A stretch of 62,585 bases of DNA from an uncultured Clostridia bacterium. GTDB lineage: Bacteria > Bacillota > DTU025 > MWDF01. Positions 29,455 through 38,575 of the stretch are shown one piece after another. Numbering within the stretch: position 1 is the first letter of the stretch; the number at the start of each line of letters is the position of its first letter. The notes under the pieces are model-generated. The model had not been told where the DNA came from and ran no database searches. It saw nothing but the letters and a program-made list of their open reading frames with translations. Location: assembly GCA_964532805.1 (NCBI GenBank), contig CAZHKX010000001.1, positions 1-62,585 on the forward strand, in the 5' to 3' direction. The position numbers and the translations under genes were made by a program.

Positions 29455-30666
29455 ATGTCCGAAAAGGGCGGAGTCTACAAGGCGGTATCATTTATTGTCA
29501 TCATCGCTTGCCTTCTCGCGGTGGGCATGGTCCTATACGACGGCTGGGACAGGCTGGCATTGAGCAGGCAATCCGAGCAGGCGGGTGAAACGGGCGGCCA
29601 GGATGAAGGCGGAGCCGACGATACGGATGGGCTTCTGGAGTCAGGGGCTGCGCTTCCCTCAGCCGGGTCTGACTACGCATCCGCGCTTCCTCCGATAGCC
29701 GACATCGCAGAGGCTGTGAGCCCTGCGGTGGTCAGGATAGACGTAACGAAGACCGTATCGCAGTCTCCGGAGGGGGATTACGGCATCTTCGGCGACATCT
29801 TCAGGAACTTCGGCGACTATCAGTATGAGCAGCAGGGTTCCGGATCGGGCTTCATAATCTCATCGGACGGCTACATAGTCACCAACCACCACGTAATCGA
29901 TGGGATGAACAAGATTAAGGTCACACTTCTCGACGGAAGGACATATGATGCGAAGCTTATAGGAAGCTACTCCGCCTACGACGTGGCAGTCATAAAGGTG
30001 GAGGCAAGCGGCCTTCCATATGCGGTGCTCGGCAACTCCAAGGACCTGCGCCCCGGCGAATGGGTAGTCGCGATAGGGAATCCGCACGGGTTCGAGCACA
30101 CGGTCACCGCCGGCATAGTCAGCGCCATCGAAAGGAACCTGGCGAACGTAGAGGGCGCGGAGGACATATCCCAAGCTGAGCTTATACAGACGGACGCTGC
30201 GATCAACTCCGGAAACAGCGGCGGGCCGCTCATAAACATGGACGGCAAGATCGTCGGCATCAACACCGCGATCATCCCATATGCACAGGGCATCAGCTTC
30301 GCCATCTCCATCGACTCGGTCAAGGATGCCATACAGTCGCTGAAGCAGACCGGCAAGTACGCAAGGCCATGGCTAGGCATATGGTACTACTCGCTTGACG
30401 CAGATGCCGCCGAGCAGCTGGGCATAAAGGAGACGACGGGTATATACGTCGCTGACGTTGCCGAGGACAGCCCTGCCTCGAGGGCGGGCATGAAGGCCGG
30501 CGACATCATCAAAGCGTATGACGGAGTTTCCACGGAAGGCAAGTTCAACCTCGCCCTCAGGGTAAGGGAGAAGCAGATAGGCGACAATGTGAAGCTTACG
30601 ATTGTTAGAAACGGAAAGAGGATGGATGTGACCCTCACGCTGGCAGCTGCACCCGAAGAGGAGTAG
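29455..30666 (+). CDS. htrA: HtrA/DegP-family serine protease with PDZ domain
   Basis: N-terminal TM, GSGFIISSDGYIVTNHHV, GNSGGPL active-site serine, and C-terminal PDZ (VAEDSPASRAGMKAGDII). Confidence 0.9.
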   Translation: MSEKGGVYKAVSFIVIIACLLAVGMVLYDGWDRLALSRQSEQAGETGGQDEGGADDTDGLLESGAALPSAGSDYASALPPIADIAEAVSPAVVRIDVTKTVSQSPEGDYGIFGDIFRNFGDYQYEQQGSGSGFIISSDGYIVTNHHVIDGMNKIKVTLLDGRTYDAKLIGSYSAYDVAVIKVEASGLPYAVLGNSKDLRPGEWVVAIGNPHGFEHTVTAGIVSAIERNLANVEGAEDISQAELIQTDAAINSGNSGGPLINMDGKIVGINTAIIPYAQGISFAISIDSVKDAIQSLKQTGKYARPWLGIWYYSLDADAAEQLGIKETTGIYVADVAEDSPASRAGMKAGDIIKAYDGVSTEGKFNLALRVREKQIGDNVKLTIVRNGKRMDVTLTLAAAPEEE

Positions 30667-30681
30667 CCGGCATAAGAAAAT

Positions 30682-30718
30682 GAAGAGGCGCCGCGGCATG
30701 AGGCTGCGGCGCCTCTTC
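30682..30718. terminator. Strong bidirectional stem-loop between convergent genes
   Basis: GAAGAGGCGCCGC (30682-30694) pairs perfectly with GCGGCGCCTCTTC (30706-30718). An A-run lies upstream and a T-containing tract downstream. Confidence 0.65.
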
Positions 30719-30729
30719 GATTCTGTTTA

Positions 30730-31353
30730 CTATTTATCCTCAGGCCTTACGTAGCCGCCAGATACAATGAGCTTAAGAGCCTCCTCGACGCTCACGTTGA
30801 TGGTTATAAGATCCTCATCCGGCACCAGTATGAGCCACCCCGTCGTCGGATTCGGCGATGATACCATGAAGACCGAGCAGAGATGCTTTCCCATCTTCGA
30901 TTCCATCTGCCTGCCAAGCTCTCCCATGTCCTCGGAGGTGACGAAACCTAAGCTCCATATCCCGGCCTTGGGGTACTCCAGCATTACGACCCTCTTGAAC
31001 ATGTTCTTGTCGCTTCCGGAGAGAAGCGCGTTGGTAAGCTGCTTGAGCGTGCCGTAAAGCGGCCTAATAAGCGGAAGCTTCGAGACCGAAAGCTCCATCC
31101 ACTTCATGAGCCTCTTGGTAATCCAGCCTCTTGTGAGCATCCCCGCTAGAAGCGTGATGATGAGCCCGGAGACAAGGCCCACGCCGGGAAGGGGACGGCC
31201 GGCGATCTTAATAACTATTGGGCTCAGTATCCCGTCAAGAAGGTTGAAAGACCATATCAGGACATATATGGTAAGGACTATCGGCGCAACAAGCAGAAGC
31301 CCAGCTATGAGATAGTCCTTCAGCCTTACTAGGAATGTCGGCGGCTTGATCAT
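30730..31353 (-). CDS. DUF502-family membrane protein
   Basis: N-terminal LLLVAPIVLTIYVLIWSFNLLDGIL pattern and two TM, typical of DUF502. Confidence 0.7.
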   Translation of the reverse strand: MIKPPTFLVRLKDYLIAGLLLVAPIVLTIYVLIWSFNLLDGILSPIVIKIAGRPLPGVGLVSGLIITLLAGMLTRGWITKRLMKWMELSVSKLPLIRPLYGTLKQLTNALLSGSDKNMFKRVVMLEYPKAGIWSLGFVTSEDMGELGRQMESKMGKHLCSVFMVSSPNPTTGWLILVPDEDLITINVSVEEALKLIVSGGYVRPEDK

Positions 31354-31360
31354 CTCTCAT

Positions 31361-31747
31361 CTACTCCATCGAAAGTGTGATCTCGGGATTCCTTTCTATG
31401 GTAACGGAGACGGTGCAGTACTTTTTGGATATCTGCGCGATTCTAGTCTTGGTCTCCTCATCCAGCTCAGGGGCGCCTTCGAGGCTTAATGTGCACTTTA
31501 TCTTGTTGCCGTATCTGATCTTCTCGTCGACCATATACAGAAGCCCGTTCATTACGACTTTCTCATAATCGATCTTCATCTTGCCGAGAATCGCCTGTGC
31601 GGTAAGCCCCATGCAGCTTAGAAGCCCGACAAGCAGGTAGCTGACAGGACCTCCCGGTTTCTCCATCTCCACGCCTTCATCGTAAAGCCATGTCTTCCCA
31701 TCCTTGTCGATCTTCACAGTGTGGTTGTAGACGTCCTTGTTAGCCAT
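31361..31747 (-). CDS. OsmC/Ohr family peroxiredoxin-like protein
   Basis: 128 aa with two conserved Cys contexts (LLSCMG and KYCTVS). Confidence 0.7.
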   Translation of the reverse strand: MANKDVYNHTVKIDKDGKTWLYDEGVEMEKPGGPVSYLLVGLLSCMGLTAQAILGKMKIDYEKVVMNGLLYMVDEKIRYGNKIKCTLSLEGAPELDEETKTRIAQISKKYCTVSVTIERNPEITLSME

Positions 31748-31762
31748 TCGCTTACCTCCATC

Positions 31763-32212
31763 CTATCTCCTCATATAGAGGGTCCTGCCGTCTTGGACTA
31801 TCTTCTTGGCGGCCCCCTGCGAAACGAGGCCGGAAAGACCGTACATGATCTCATCTGGGCTGGCAAGGCCGCTGAGCTTCTCTTCGAGGCAGTACGCGCT
31901 TATAGGTCTCGCACCCAGCTGCATCCTGATTGCTGTACCTACAGAAGACCTGCGGGAAGGTAACGGGCAGTCTGGGATTACCACAGTGACGCCCTTATTG
32001 CCTATCATCTCACCACTAATATACCTTACCTTGTCCGGGTATGCATCCAGGAGGGTCCTAAGCGCGCCCCTAATGTCGCCTCCCACCCCAGTGGAGCCAT
32101 AACCGTGCACCACTTCGAGCCTATCGCCTCCTTGGGAGACAAGCTTGTTGTAATGGGCTATGAACAGCTCGATTGCATCCCTGGTCCTCATGCCGTGCAG
32201 GTCTATCTTCAT
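31763..32212 (-). CDS. Smr-domain protein
   Basis: KIDLHGMRTRDAIELF...LEVVHGYGSTGVGG Smr motif. GGAGGA RBS favours ATG 32212 (MKIDLHG). Confidence 0.7.
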   Translation of the reverse strand: MKIDLHGMRTRDAIELFIAHYNKLVSQGGDRLEVVHGYGSTGVGGDIRGALRTLLDAYPDKVRYISGEMIGNKGVTVVIPDCPLPSRRSSVGTAIRMQLGARPISAYCLEEKLSGLASPDEIMYGLSGLVSQGAAKKIVQDGRTLYMRR

Positions 32213-32278
32213 GTTGTCCTCCATCGTTAGGTAAGACAAAGCCGCAGGGCCAACTGACCTCCGCGGCTGTTATTCCTA

Positions 32279-32353
32279 TGGAGCCGGTGATGGGAGTTGA
32301 ACCCGCGACCCGCGCATTACGAATGCGCTGCTCTACCACTGAGCTACACCGGC
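32279..32353 (-). tRNA. tRNA-Thr (anticodon CGU), CCA encoded
   Basis: The reverse complement folds as a cloverleaf: acceptor GCCGGTG/CACCGGC, D arm GCTC-AGTGGTA-GAGC, anticodon arm GCGCA-TTCGTAA-TGCGC, T loop TTCAACT. There is one C-A mismatch in the T stem. Confidence 0.88.
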
Positions 32354-32432
32354 AAGCCCTATAGCAGACTTGATTTTACCAACTAGACGCAAGCATGTCA
32401 ATTTGGCTGCGCTTTGCGCATGGTGCCGGCGG

Positions 32433-33377
32433 TCAGTTGCCGAAGCCGGTGCCGACAGCGCCAAGAAGCATCCCAAATGCCATATCAAATCCCTTGTAGC
32501 TCATGTTGATGGATCCCCCGAAGAATGACTGGAACGCCGAGGGGCGTGCTCCGGGGATCCAATGCCCCTGCTTGTCTACATAGTCGGCGACGAGCATGCC
32601 CTTACCCAGGGCATCCTTGTACTTCAGGCGGTATCCGCCTTCCTTAAGCTCGCTTCTGCTGGCAGAAGCCTCAAGGCCCATTATGGATGCCCAGTATTCG
32701 ATGTTCTCCTGGGCAGCGGGCACGCTTTGCTGCGGTGCGGTCCCATCCTTGCCCTCTATAGGCAGTACGGGATCCTGCAGCCCGTTTATTATAAGCGTCG
32801 GTATCGGGGGTATGGCACGGGGCACGGTAAGCTTGTAGTACCTTCCCATTATGGAGGCCAGGCCTGCGAACCTTCCCGGGTTCAGCCCCACTAGGTAATG
32901 CGCAAAGAATGCCCCGTTGGAGTGCCCTCCGATGAGTACCCTGCCAGAATCGGCGCCATTCTGTGCGATGAAGTCACTGATAAGCCAGCTTACGAAGCCG
33001 GCATCGTCGACGAACTCGTTTCTGTCCTGCACCTGGCCCATATCCCAGACGCGGGGATTGAGGATCCATGGGGCGGACTTGACCTTAAGCGGCAGCCCGT
33101 TGGGCATGAGAAGCGCTATCGAGTGCTTATCGGCGGCCTCAAGCATGCCTGTTCCCTTCCTGTAATCCTTGAAGCCGAGCGTGAAGCCGTGGAAGAAGAC
33201 CATAACCGGGCCGCCCCTCTTCCAGGATGCGGGTATGTAGGTGGCATACTCCCTCTCGTAGCCGTCGTAGCTCACCTTAGCTTCGGTCCATGTGCCGTCA
33301 GCCGCGAGGGCGGATGCAGCGGATGATGCGACAAATATTGCCGCCAGAAGGAAGACCAGGAACCTGGAACGCATCAT
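32433..33377 (-). CDS. Secreted alpha/beta hydrolase (esterase / PHB-depolymerase-like family)
   Basis: Signal peptide ending SALAADG, oxyanion region VFFHGF, and nucleophile elbow GGHSNGAFFA. Confidence 0.7.
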   Translation of the reverse strand: MMRSRFLVFLLAAIFVASSAASALAADGTWTEAKVSYDGYEREYATYIPASWKRGGPVMVFFHGFTLGFKDYRKGTGMLEAADKHSIALLMPNGLPLKVKSAPWILNPRVWDMGQVQDRNEFVDDAGFVSWLISDFIAQNGADSGRVLIGGHSNGAFFAHYLVGLNPGRFAGLASIMGRYYKLTVPRAIPPIPTLIINGLQDPVLPIEGKDGTAPQQSVPAAQENIEYWASIMGLEASASRSELKEGGYRLKYKDALGKGMLVADYVDKQGHWIPGARPSAFQSFFGGSINMSYKGFDMAFGMLLGAVGTGFGN

Positions 33378-33512
33378 AGCACCTCCGTAGGCAGTCTAGA
33401 CAATAAAACGATTCTACCATCGCAGGCATTCCATAGTAACCCGGTCTGCAGGAATCTCTCAGAGGTGGCGGGAATCCGTGCGTGATAGAATTAGATTAAA
33501 GGAGGGATGGAT

Positions 33513-34097
33513 ATGGATCTGCTGGAGATGTTGGCAAGCGGGCTTATGAACCCGGGCACCCTAGGCAAAGTGGGAAGCAAGGTGCAGGCAAAGCCCGACC
33601 AGGTGATGCAGATGGCCCAGCTGGCCCTTCCTACGCTTCTGACGGCGATGTCCAGAAACGCCAGCACGCCTGAGGGCGCGGAATCGCTGTCCAAGGCGCT
33701 GGACAGGCATGCGGATGACAAGGTGGATGATTTCGACAGCTTCTTCGACACAGTCGACACAGACGACGGCGCAAAGATCCTGAACCACGTGTTCTCGGGT
33801 AAGGCGCAGAAAGTGCAGTCCGGGATCGCCCGGAACACCGGCCTTGACGCAGGCCAGGTGGCGGGGCTTCTCACACAGTTCGCGCCCCTTCTTCTTGGGC
33901 TTCTGGGACAGCAGAAGAGGCAAGGCAATGTCGGCACGGAAGGATTACCGGGCCTTCTGTCGTCGCTTTCAGGTTCTGCCGGCAGATTGGCCGGAGGAAA
34001 CATGGCCGGCCTTGCCACACGGCTCCTGGATTCGGACGGAGACGGTGACATAATGGACGACATCGGTGGGTTCTTCGGATCCCTGGGAAGGAAATAA
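33513..34097 (+). CDS. DUF937-family protein
   Basis: LLEMLASG...ALPTLLTAMSRNASTPEGAESLSKAL...ILNHVFSGK...GLLTQFAPLLLGLLG resembles DUF937. GGAGGG RBS placement favours ATG 33513. Confidence 0.65.
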   Translation: MDLLEMLASGLMNPGTLGKVGSKVQAKPDQVMQMAQLALPTLLTAMSRNASTPEGAESLSKALDRHADDKVDDFDSFFDTVDTDDGAKILNHVFSGKAQKVQSGIARNTGLDAGQVAGLLTQFAPLLLGLLGQQKRQGNVGTEGLPGLLSSLSGSAGRLAGGNMAGLATRLLDSDGDGDIMDDIGGFFGSLGRK

Positions 34098-34101
34098 GCC
34101 T

Positions 34102-34320
34102 GTGAATGAGGTTGAAGTGGATGCCCGCAGGCTTGATCGGAGGATGGCCGGTGAGATCGCCAGGCGTGCCCTGGACATCTCCGGCGGCTGCCCTGTGATC
34201 ATCAGAGTTGAGCCGGGCGAACCCGAGGAGGCTGTAAGGAAGGTGGCCGCCCTGAAGAAGCGCATCGTAATCCAGAGGGGCTCCGAACCAGGCTGTGCAG
34301 TGCTCGAGCTGGTAAAGTAA
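34102..34320 (+). CDS. Small hypothetical protein (72 aa)
   Basis: ORF only. GTG 34102 follows GGAAGGA by about 9 nt. I recognise no motif. Confidence 0.3.
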   Translation: MNEVEVDARRLDRRMAGEIARRALDISGGCPVIIRVEPGEPEEAVRKVAALKKRIVIQRGSEPGCAVLELVK

Positions 34321-34362
34321 GCCTCAGGGACCATGGCCGCAATCAGGCCTCATGGCGCCTTC

Positions 34363-34794
34363 CTATTTCTTCCGCCCTATCTGATGCTTGGGCGAGGCGT
34401 TCTTCTTGATGTAATCGACCCTGTTCCTGGTCCATTCAACCATGGACGCCTCATCCAGATCCTTTAAGGACAGCATGGCGCGGATTACCGCCCTGCCCTC
34501 GCCTGTGCGGGTGTCTAAGCCCTCCTTGAGACTTACCAAGTAAGATCCTTTCGCCTCAAGGACGCTGGCTATCTGCAGGAAGCCCTGGGAAGATACCGCC
34601 AGTTCCGAAAATGAGGCGGTAACCAAGGCGTCCTCCCTGCCGATTTCCGCCAGAAGGCTGTTTAGGCGCGGCCTGCCAGCGGGATTTAATGAGGGTTCTT
34701 CTATGTAGACTGCGTCTGAGATGCGCCTGACCTTAAGCCCTGGAGAATCCTGTCCGCCTTCCGCTGCCTCCCTGATGTAGCCAAGCATGGCCAT
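34363..34794 (-). CDS. Resolvase-like (serine recombinase catalytic-domain fold) protein lacking the catalytic Ser and the HTH domain
   Basis: Collinear with the Tn3/gamma-delta resolvase N-domain: MLGYIREAAEGGQ vs GYARVSTxxQ, RPRLNSLL, ALVTASFSELAVS vs LVVxxLDRLGR, and LDTRTGEGRAVIRAM vs DTSTPxGrlxxxm. The nucleophile Ser and the DRLGR arginines are replaced, and the ORF ends after about 143 aa. Confidence 0.6.
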   Translation of the reverse strand: MAMLGYIREAAEGGQDSPGLKVRRISDAVYIEEPSLNPAGRPRLNSLLAEIGREDALVTASFSELAVSSQGFLQIASVLEAKGSYLVSLKEGLDTRTGEGRAVIRAMLSLKDLDEASMVEWTRNRVDYIKKNASPKHQIGRKK

Positions 34795-35103
34795 AGGCCC
34801 ACCGCCCTTCCCGGCTTACTTGAATCATGCTTCCCTTCTATCATGATACCCTCTGACTGCACTTGGGGAACATGTTTTCATCAGAAGCATAGACTGCGAG
34901 GCTTGCAGTGCCGGAACTTCGCTCCTGCTGCATGCGTTTGCTCCTTAGGCAGGCCCCGACAATACCTTGAAGCGATTGAGGTTTTGGCGCTTGGCATGGC
35001 GGCTTGACCGAAGTATCATTGTCTGGTGCCTTACAGCCCGTCTCATGGCCATCCGGCCATGGAAGCGAATTGTGCGATTAGGCATGTGACTTAGGAGGAC
35101 AGC

Positions 35104-36234
35104 ATGGAGTTCAAGGGGCTGCGGGCGCAGTATGCCGCCCTTAGGGATAAGTTAGATCCAGCTATGCTTTCATCGCTCTCTGCAGCAGAGTACATATTGG
35201 GCCCGGAGGTCGATGAGCTGGAGCGCATACTTGCTGGGTATGTCGGCAGGAAGCACTGCGTGGCATGCGGAAACGGGACCGATGCGCTCATACTCGCCAT
35301 GCTGACCCGAAACATAGGCCCAGGTGATGGGGTTCTGATGCCGGCCTTCACCTGCTTTGCGCCGGCGGCTGCGGTGCTTGCCCGCGGTGCGGTACCGATA
35401 CTGGTCGACATCGACCCTGCGACGTTCAACATGTCGCCTGGCTCGCTCGAAAGCTCAATAAGCGTCTGTCTTTCTGAAGGTAGCCTACAGCCTAAGGCGG
35501 TAATCGCCATAGATTTGTTCGGGCTTCCGGCGGCCTTCCCTGAGATAAGCGAGATAGCTGCAAGGCATGGGCTCGTTCTGATAGAGGATGCCGCGCAGGG
35601 ATTCGGCGGTAGCCTCCGCGATAGCATGGCCTGCAGCCTAGGCGACACATCCATAACCTCCTTCTATCCTGGAAAGCCTCTCAGCTGCGCAGGAGATGGC
35701 GGTGCCGTGTTCACGGATTCGGAGCAGGAGGCGGCTGCGCTTCGTTCGGTCAGGGCGCTCGGACGCTCCGAGGAAGACAGGTACGTCAACCCGAGGGCAG
35801 GGGTCAACTCTAGGCTGGACACCCTCCAGGCAGTTTTGCTGCTGGAGAAGTTCAAGGCGTTCAGAGCCCTCGAGCTGCCAAAGGTGAACTCAATCGCAGG
35901 CATATACAGTGATGCCCTTGGGAGCCTGATCAGGGTGCCCGAGGTCCCGGAAGGATATTACTCCAGCTGGGCCCAGTATACTGTAAGGCTCGAGGACCAG
36001 CCGGCAAGAGACAGGCTGGTAGCCCACCTTAGCCGCAATGGAGTGCCCTCAGTCGTGCATTACCCCGTGCCGCTGAACCTGCAGGGGGCTTTACGCGGCA
36101 GATTCCGACAGCCGGTCAGCCTTGATGAATCGGCTAAGGCCGCCGCCTGCGCCCTTTCGCTACCGATTCACGCCTACTTGGAGGAATCCGAGGTCGATGC
36201 CGTTATAGAGGCAGTCACAAGCTTCTTCGCATAG
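35104..36234 (+). CDS. DegT/DnrJ/EryC1/StrS-family PLP-dependent aminotransferase
   Basis: ILGPEVDELE, CGNGTDAL, and the PLP-lysine region SFYPGKPLSCAGDGGAVFT. AGGAGG RBS. Confidence 0.85.
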   Translation: MEFKGLRAQYAALRDKLDPAMLSSLSAAEYILGPEVDELERILAGYVGRKHCVACGNGTDALILAMLTRNIGPGDGVLMPAFTCFAPAAAVLARGAVPILVDIDPATFNMSPGSLESSISVCLSEGSLQPKAVIAIDLFGLPAAFPEISEIAARHGLVLIEDAAQGFGGSLRDSMACSLGDTSITSFYPGKPLSCAGDGGAVFTDSEQEAAALRSVRALGRSEEDRYVNPRAGVNSRLDTLQAVLLLEKFKAFRALELPKVNSIAGIYSDALGSLIRVPEVPEGYYSSWAQYTVRLEDQPARDRLVAHLSRNGVPSVVHYPVPLNLQGALRGRFRQPVSLDESAKAAACALSLPIHAYLEESEVDAVIEAVTSFFA

Positions 36235-36264
36235 CGGGGGCTTTTTGCGGATCGGGCATGAAAA

Positions 36265-36339
36265 TGGAGCGGATGACGGGATTCGAACCCGCGACACATG
36301 GCTTGGGAAGCCATTGCCCTACCACTGGGCTACATCCGC
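36265..36339 (-). tRNA. tRNA-Gly (anticodon CCC), CCA encoded
   Basis: Reverse complement GCGGATGTAGCCCAGTGGTAGGGCAATGGCTTCCCAAGCCATGTGTCGCGGGTTCGAATCCCGTCATCCGCTCCA has acceptor GCGGATG/CATCCGC and anticodon loop TTCCCAA. Confidence 0.9.
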
Positions 36340-36559
36340 TCGGCAGAAGATATTATAGACCTTGGACTGCCATCCAGGCAAGACATGCCTCTGCGCTGGT
36401 GCCGATTTCCAACGGCAACCGGCCCGGTTCCCTGCAGTTTTCTGTGAACCTGTCAGAAACCGGGTACTACGCATCAACTTTTAATTGCTATCCTTGATGT
36501 GTATCCACTACTCCGCTTCGTATACGTCAGCCTTCTACGTGAAGGTGCTTCCGCATAGC

Positions 36560-36850
36560 CTACATGACCCTTTTGTAATCCTCTGGATGAAGCCTATCGG
36601 CGAAGAACTGACGATCTACTTGTTCAGGTATGTCCTCCCTGTCATAGCCTAGCGCAGTCACCTTGAGCGGGTTGAAAATCACCGAATTGGTCGTCGTATC
36701 ACAATACCAGCGACCCAGGTTCCCCGTCCAGGCATACTCGAGCCTTACTTGGAGCTCATCCTGCCTTAGAAGTCCCCTATTCAGCCTCTCAAGTTCACAT
36801 ATCCGTTCAATGAGCTGATCTGTCGAACGGCTAAATCCATCCAATTCCAC
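36560..36850 (-). CDS. Truncated PAS-domain fragment (coiled-coil leader plus first half of a PAS fold); possible gene remnant
   Basis: LEYAWTGNLGRWYCDTTTNSVIFNPLKVTALGYDREDIP...FADRLHPEDYKRVM is the N-terminal half of a PAS domain. The ORF stops there, and I see no continuation in any frame. Confidence 0.45.
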   Translation of the reverse strand: MELDGFSRSTDQLIERICELERLNRGLLRQDELQVRLEYAWTGNLGRWYCDTTTNSVIFNPLKVTALGYDREDIPEQVDRQFFADRLHPEDYKRVM

Positions 36851-37210
36851 AGACTTCCCTCCGTTTGTTCAGATATCGTCTCTATCTCCTATATAGACTA
36901 TGTTTGCATGGATGCATCAGACAGCTAAGAATCCCATTGCAGGCAGTGTAGGAAATCCATTGGGTTCACAGCCTGGCTGCCCAGCGGAACCTGCAGATTG
37001 TGAGCGAAGCTGATTAAAAGCATCCAGGGCTTGCCATAATGCCGTCCTCAGCTGCCGTACTAAGCAAGTTGCCCCGTCATTCGGAATCGATGCTAATATT
37101 GTATAAGGCAATTCAAGTCCCTGACTGCAGGCGTACTTCTATTGCGACCGGTGCCTTGATTTACTTCCGCCGATCTCGCGATTATTCGGCCTTAATGGGA
37201 GGTTAATGCC

Positions 37211-38359
37211 TTGACCGATTTTCTATATGCGGAGATCAACGTGGTAGGCATCGTGCTTTTGCTCCTGTTCCTGAACAACATGAACAGGAACAGCCATAGA
37301 AGGCCATCCGTTGACCAATACATATTCAATGCATGCATGATCATGAACATGCTGATTTTTATGTTTGACACAGGCATGTGGATGGTCGACGGAAGCAGCC
37401 TGCCAGCTGCCAGGACGGTCAATTATCTCGTGACGATGCTGTACTATGTCTCTAACCCCCTCATTTGCTTCCTATGGCTGACATATACTGACGTCAAGAT
37501 CAACGAGAGCAGAACCGGGCTGCTGAAGCGCGCCCCCTTCTATGCGATCCCTTGCGCGGCAAGCGCGATTCTAAGCCTGATGAGCCTTTATACTGGCTGG
37601 TATTTCGTTATAGATGCAAACAACAACTACATGAGAGGGCCGCTCTTCTGGATCATGGCCCTTATCTCATTGTTCTATCTGGTACTGTCTTTCGGAATTT
37701 CCTTGAAGGATGTCCTTGCCCATGGCTGGGCGGAGAACAAGAACATCAACATCCACCTGGTGATATTCCCTGTCGGCATAATCGCGGCTTCCATAATTCA
37801 GATCATGTTCTTCGGTGTCTCCATCATCTGGATTTGCTCTATGATTGCATTTGCAAGCATCTACGTTAACATCCAAAACGGCGAGATCTCTACCGACCAT
37901 CTAACGGGCCTGTACAATAGGCGACGGCTGGATGAGCATTTCCTAAGGAGGCTGAGGTTGCGCAAGAAGGGGCATCTGCTTTTTGCCATCATGTTGGACT
38001 TGGACGAGTTCAAGAAGATCAACGACGAGCATGGGCATGAAGCCGGAGATAAGGCCCTCATAGACATGTCGGAGCTGCTCCGGCAGGTGTGCAAGGGCAG
38101 CGATGATTTCATCGCCCGGATGGGGGGAGACGAGTTCGTCGTCTTGGGGGAACGGACAAGCCAAGCGGAGATCATAAAGACGATGGGCGAGATCTCATCA
38201 GCCGCAGCCAGATACAATGAAGGCAGCATACCAGGCCGTCTGCTTCAGCCCAGCATGGGATACTCCATCTATGAAGATGATGATACGATAACCTCGTTCT
38301 TCGCGGCCGCCGACCGGGCGATGTACCGCAACAAACAGGAGCGGAAACTGGCGATATAG
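37211..38359 (+). CDS. Membrane-anchored diguanylate cyclase (GGDEF)
   Basis: About 6 TM at the N-terminus, then LTGLYNRR, DLDEFKKINDEHGHEAGD and RMGGDEFVV. TTG 37211 lies 8 nt after GGGAGG. No RxxD I-site is seen 5 aa before GGDEF. Confidence 0.9.
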   Translation: MTDFLYAEINVVGIVLLLLFLNNMNRNSHRRPSVDQYIFNACMIMNMLIFMFDTGMWMVDGSSLPAARTVNYLVTMLYYVSNPLICFLWLTYTDVKINESRTGLLKRAPFYAIPCAASAILSLMSLYTGWYFVIDANNNYMRGPLFWIMALISLFYLVLSFGISLKDVLAHGWAENKNINIHLVIFPVGIIAASIIQIMFFGVSIIWICSMIAFASIYVNIQNGEISTDHLTGLYNRRRLDEHFLRRLRLRKKGHLLFAIMLDLDEFKKINDEHGHEAGDKALIDMSELLRQVCKGSDDFIARMGGDEFVVLGERTSQAEIIKTMGEISSAAARYNEGSIPGRLLQPSMGYSIYEDDDTITSFFAAADRAMYRNKQERKLAI

Positions 38360-38527
38360 ATGCCATCTATGGGAAGCATGGGGCCTGATGCCCTTGGTAG
38401 CCTCCTTCTGCCCCCGCCGCTATCCTATGCAGCCGAAAGTGCCCTGAACGCAGGCGGATGCTGAACTGCCTATTTATTCTCCGCCTCTCTATGAGGCGCT
38501 CAGATGGCAACGGCGGCAAAGACAAAG

Positions 38528-38544
38528 CCCGCCACCAGGGCGGG
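38528..38544 (-). terminator. Small stem-loop downstream of tRNA-Asp
   Basis: CCCGCC / GGCGGG with a 5-nt loop. On the minus strand it is followed by CTTTGTCTTT. Confidence 0.4.
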
Positions 38545-38575
38545 ACTCTTCAGGAGCAGGTCATCATGGCAATAA

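Noticed and set aside
36917-37111. 64-aa minus-strand ORF in the 360-nt gap upstream of the PAS fragment.
   Set aside because: No RBS, no motif, and composition like the surrounding non-coding DNA. It is kept only as part of the gap observation.
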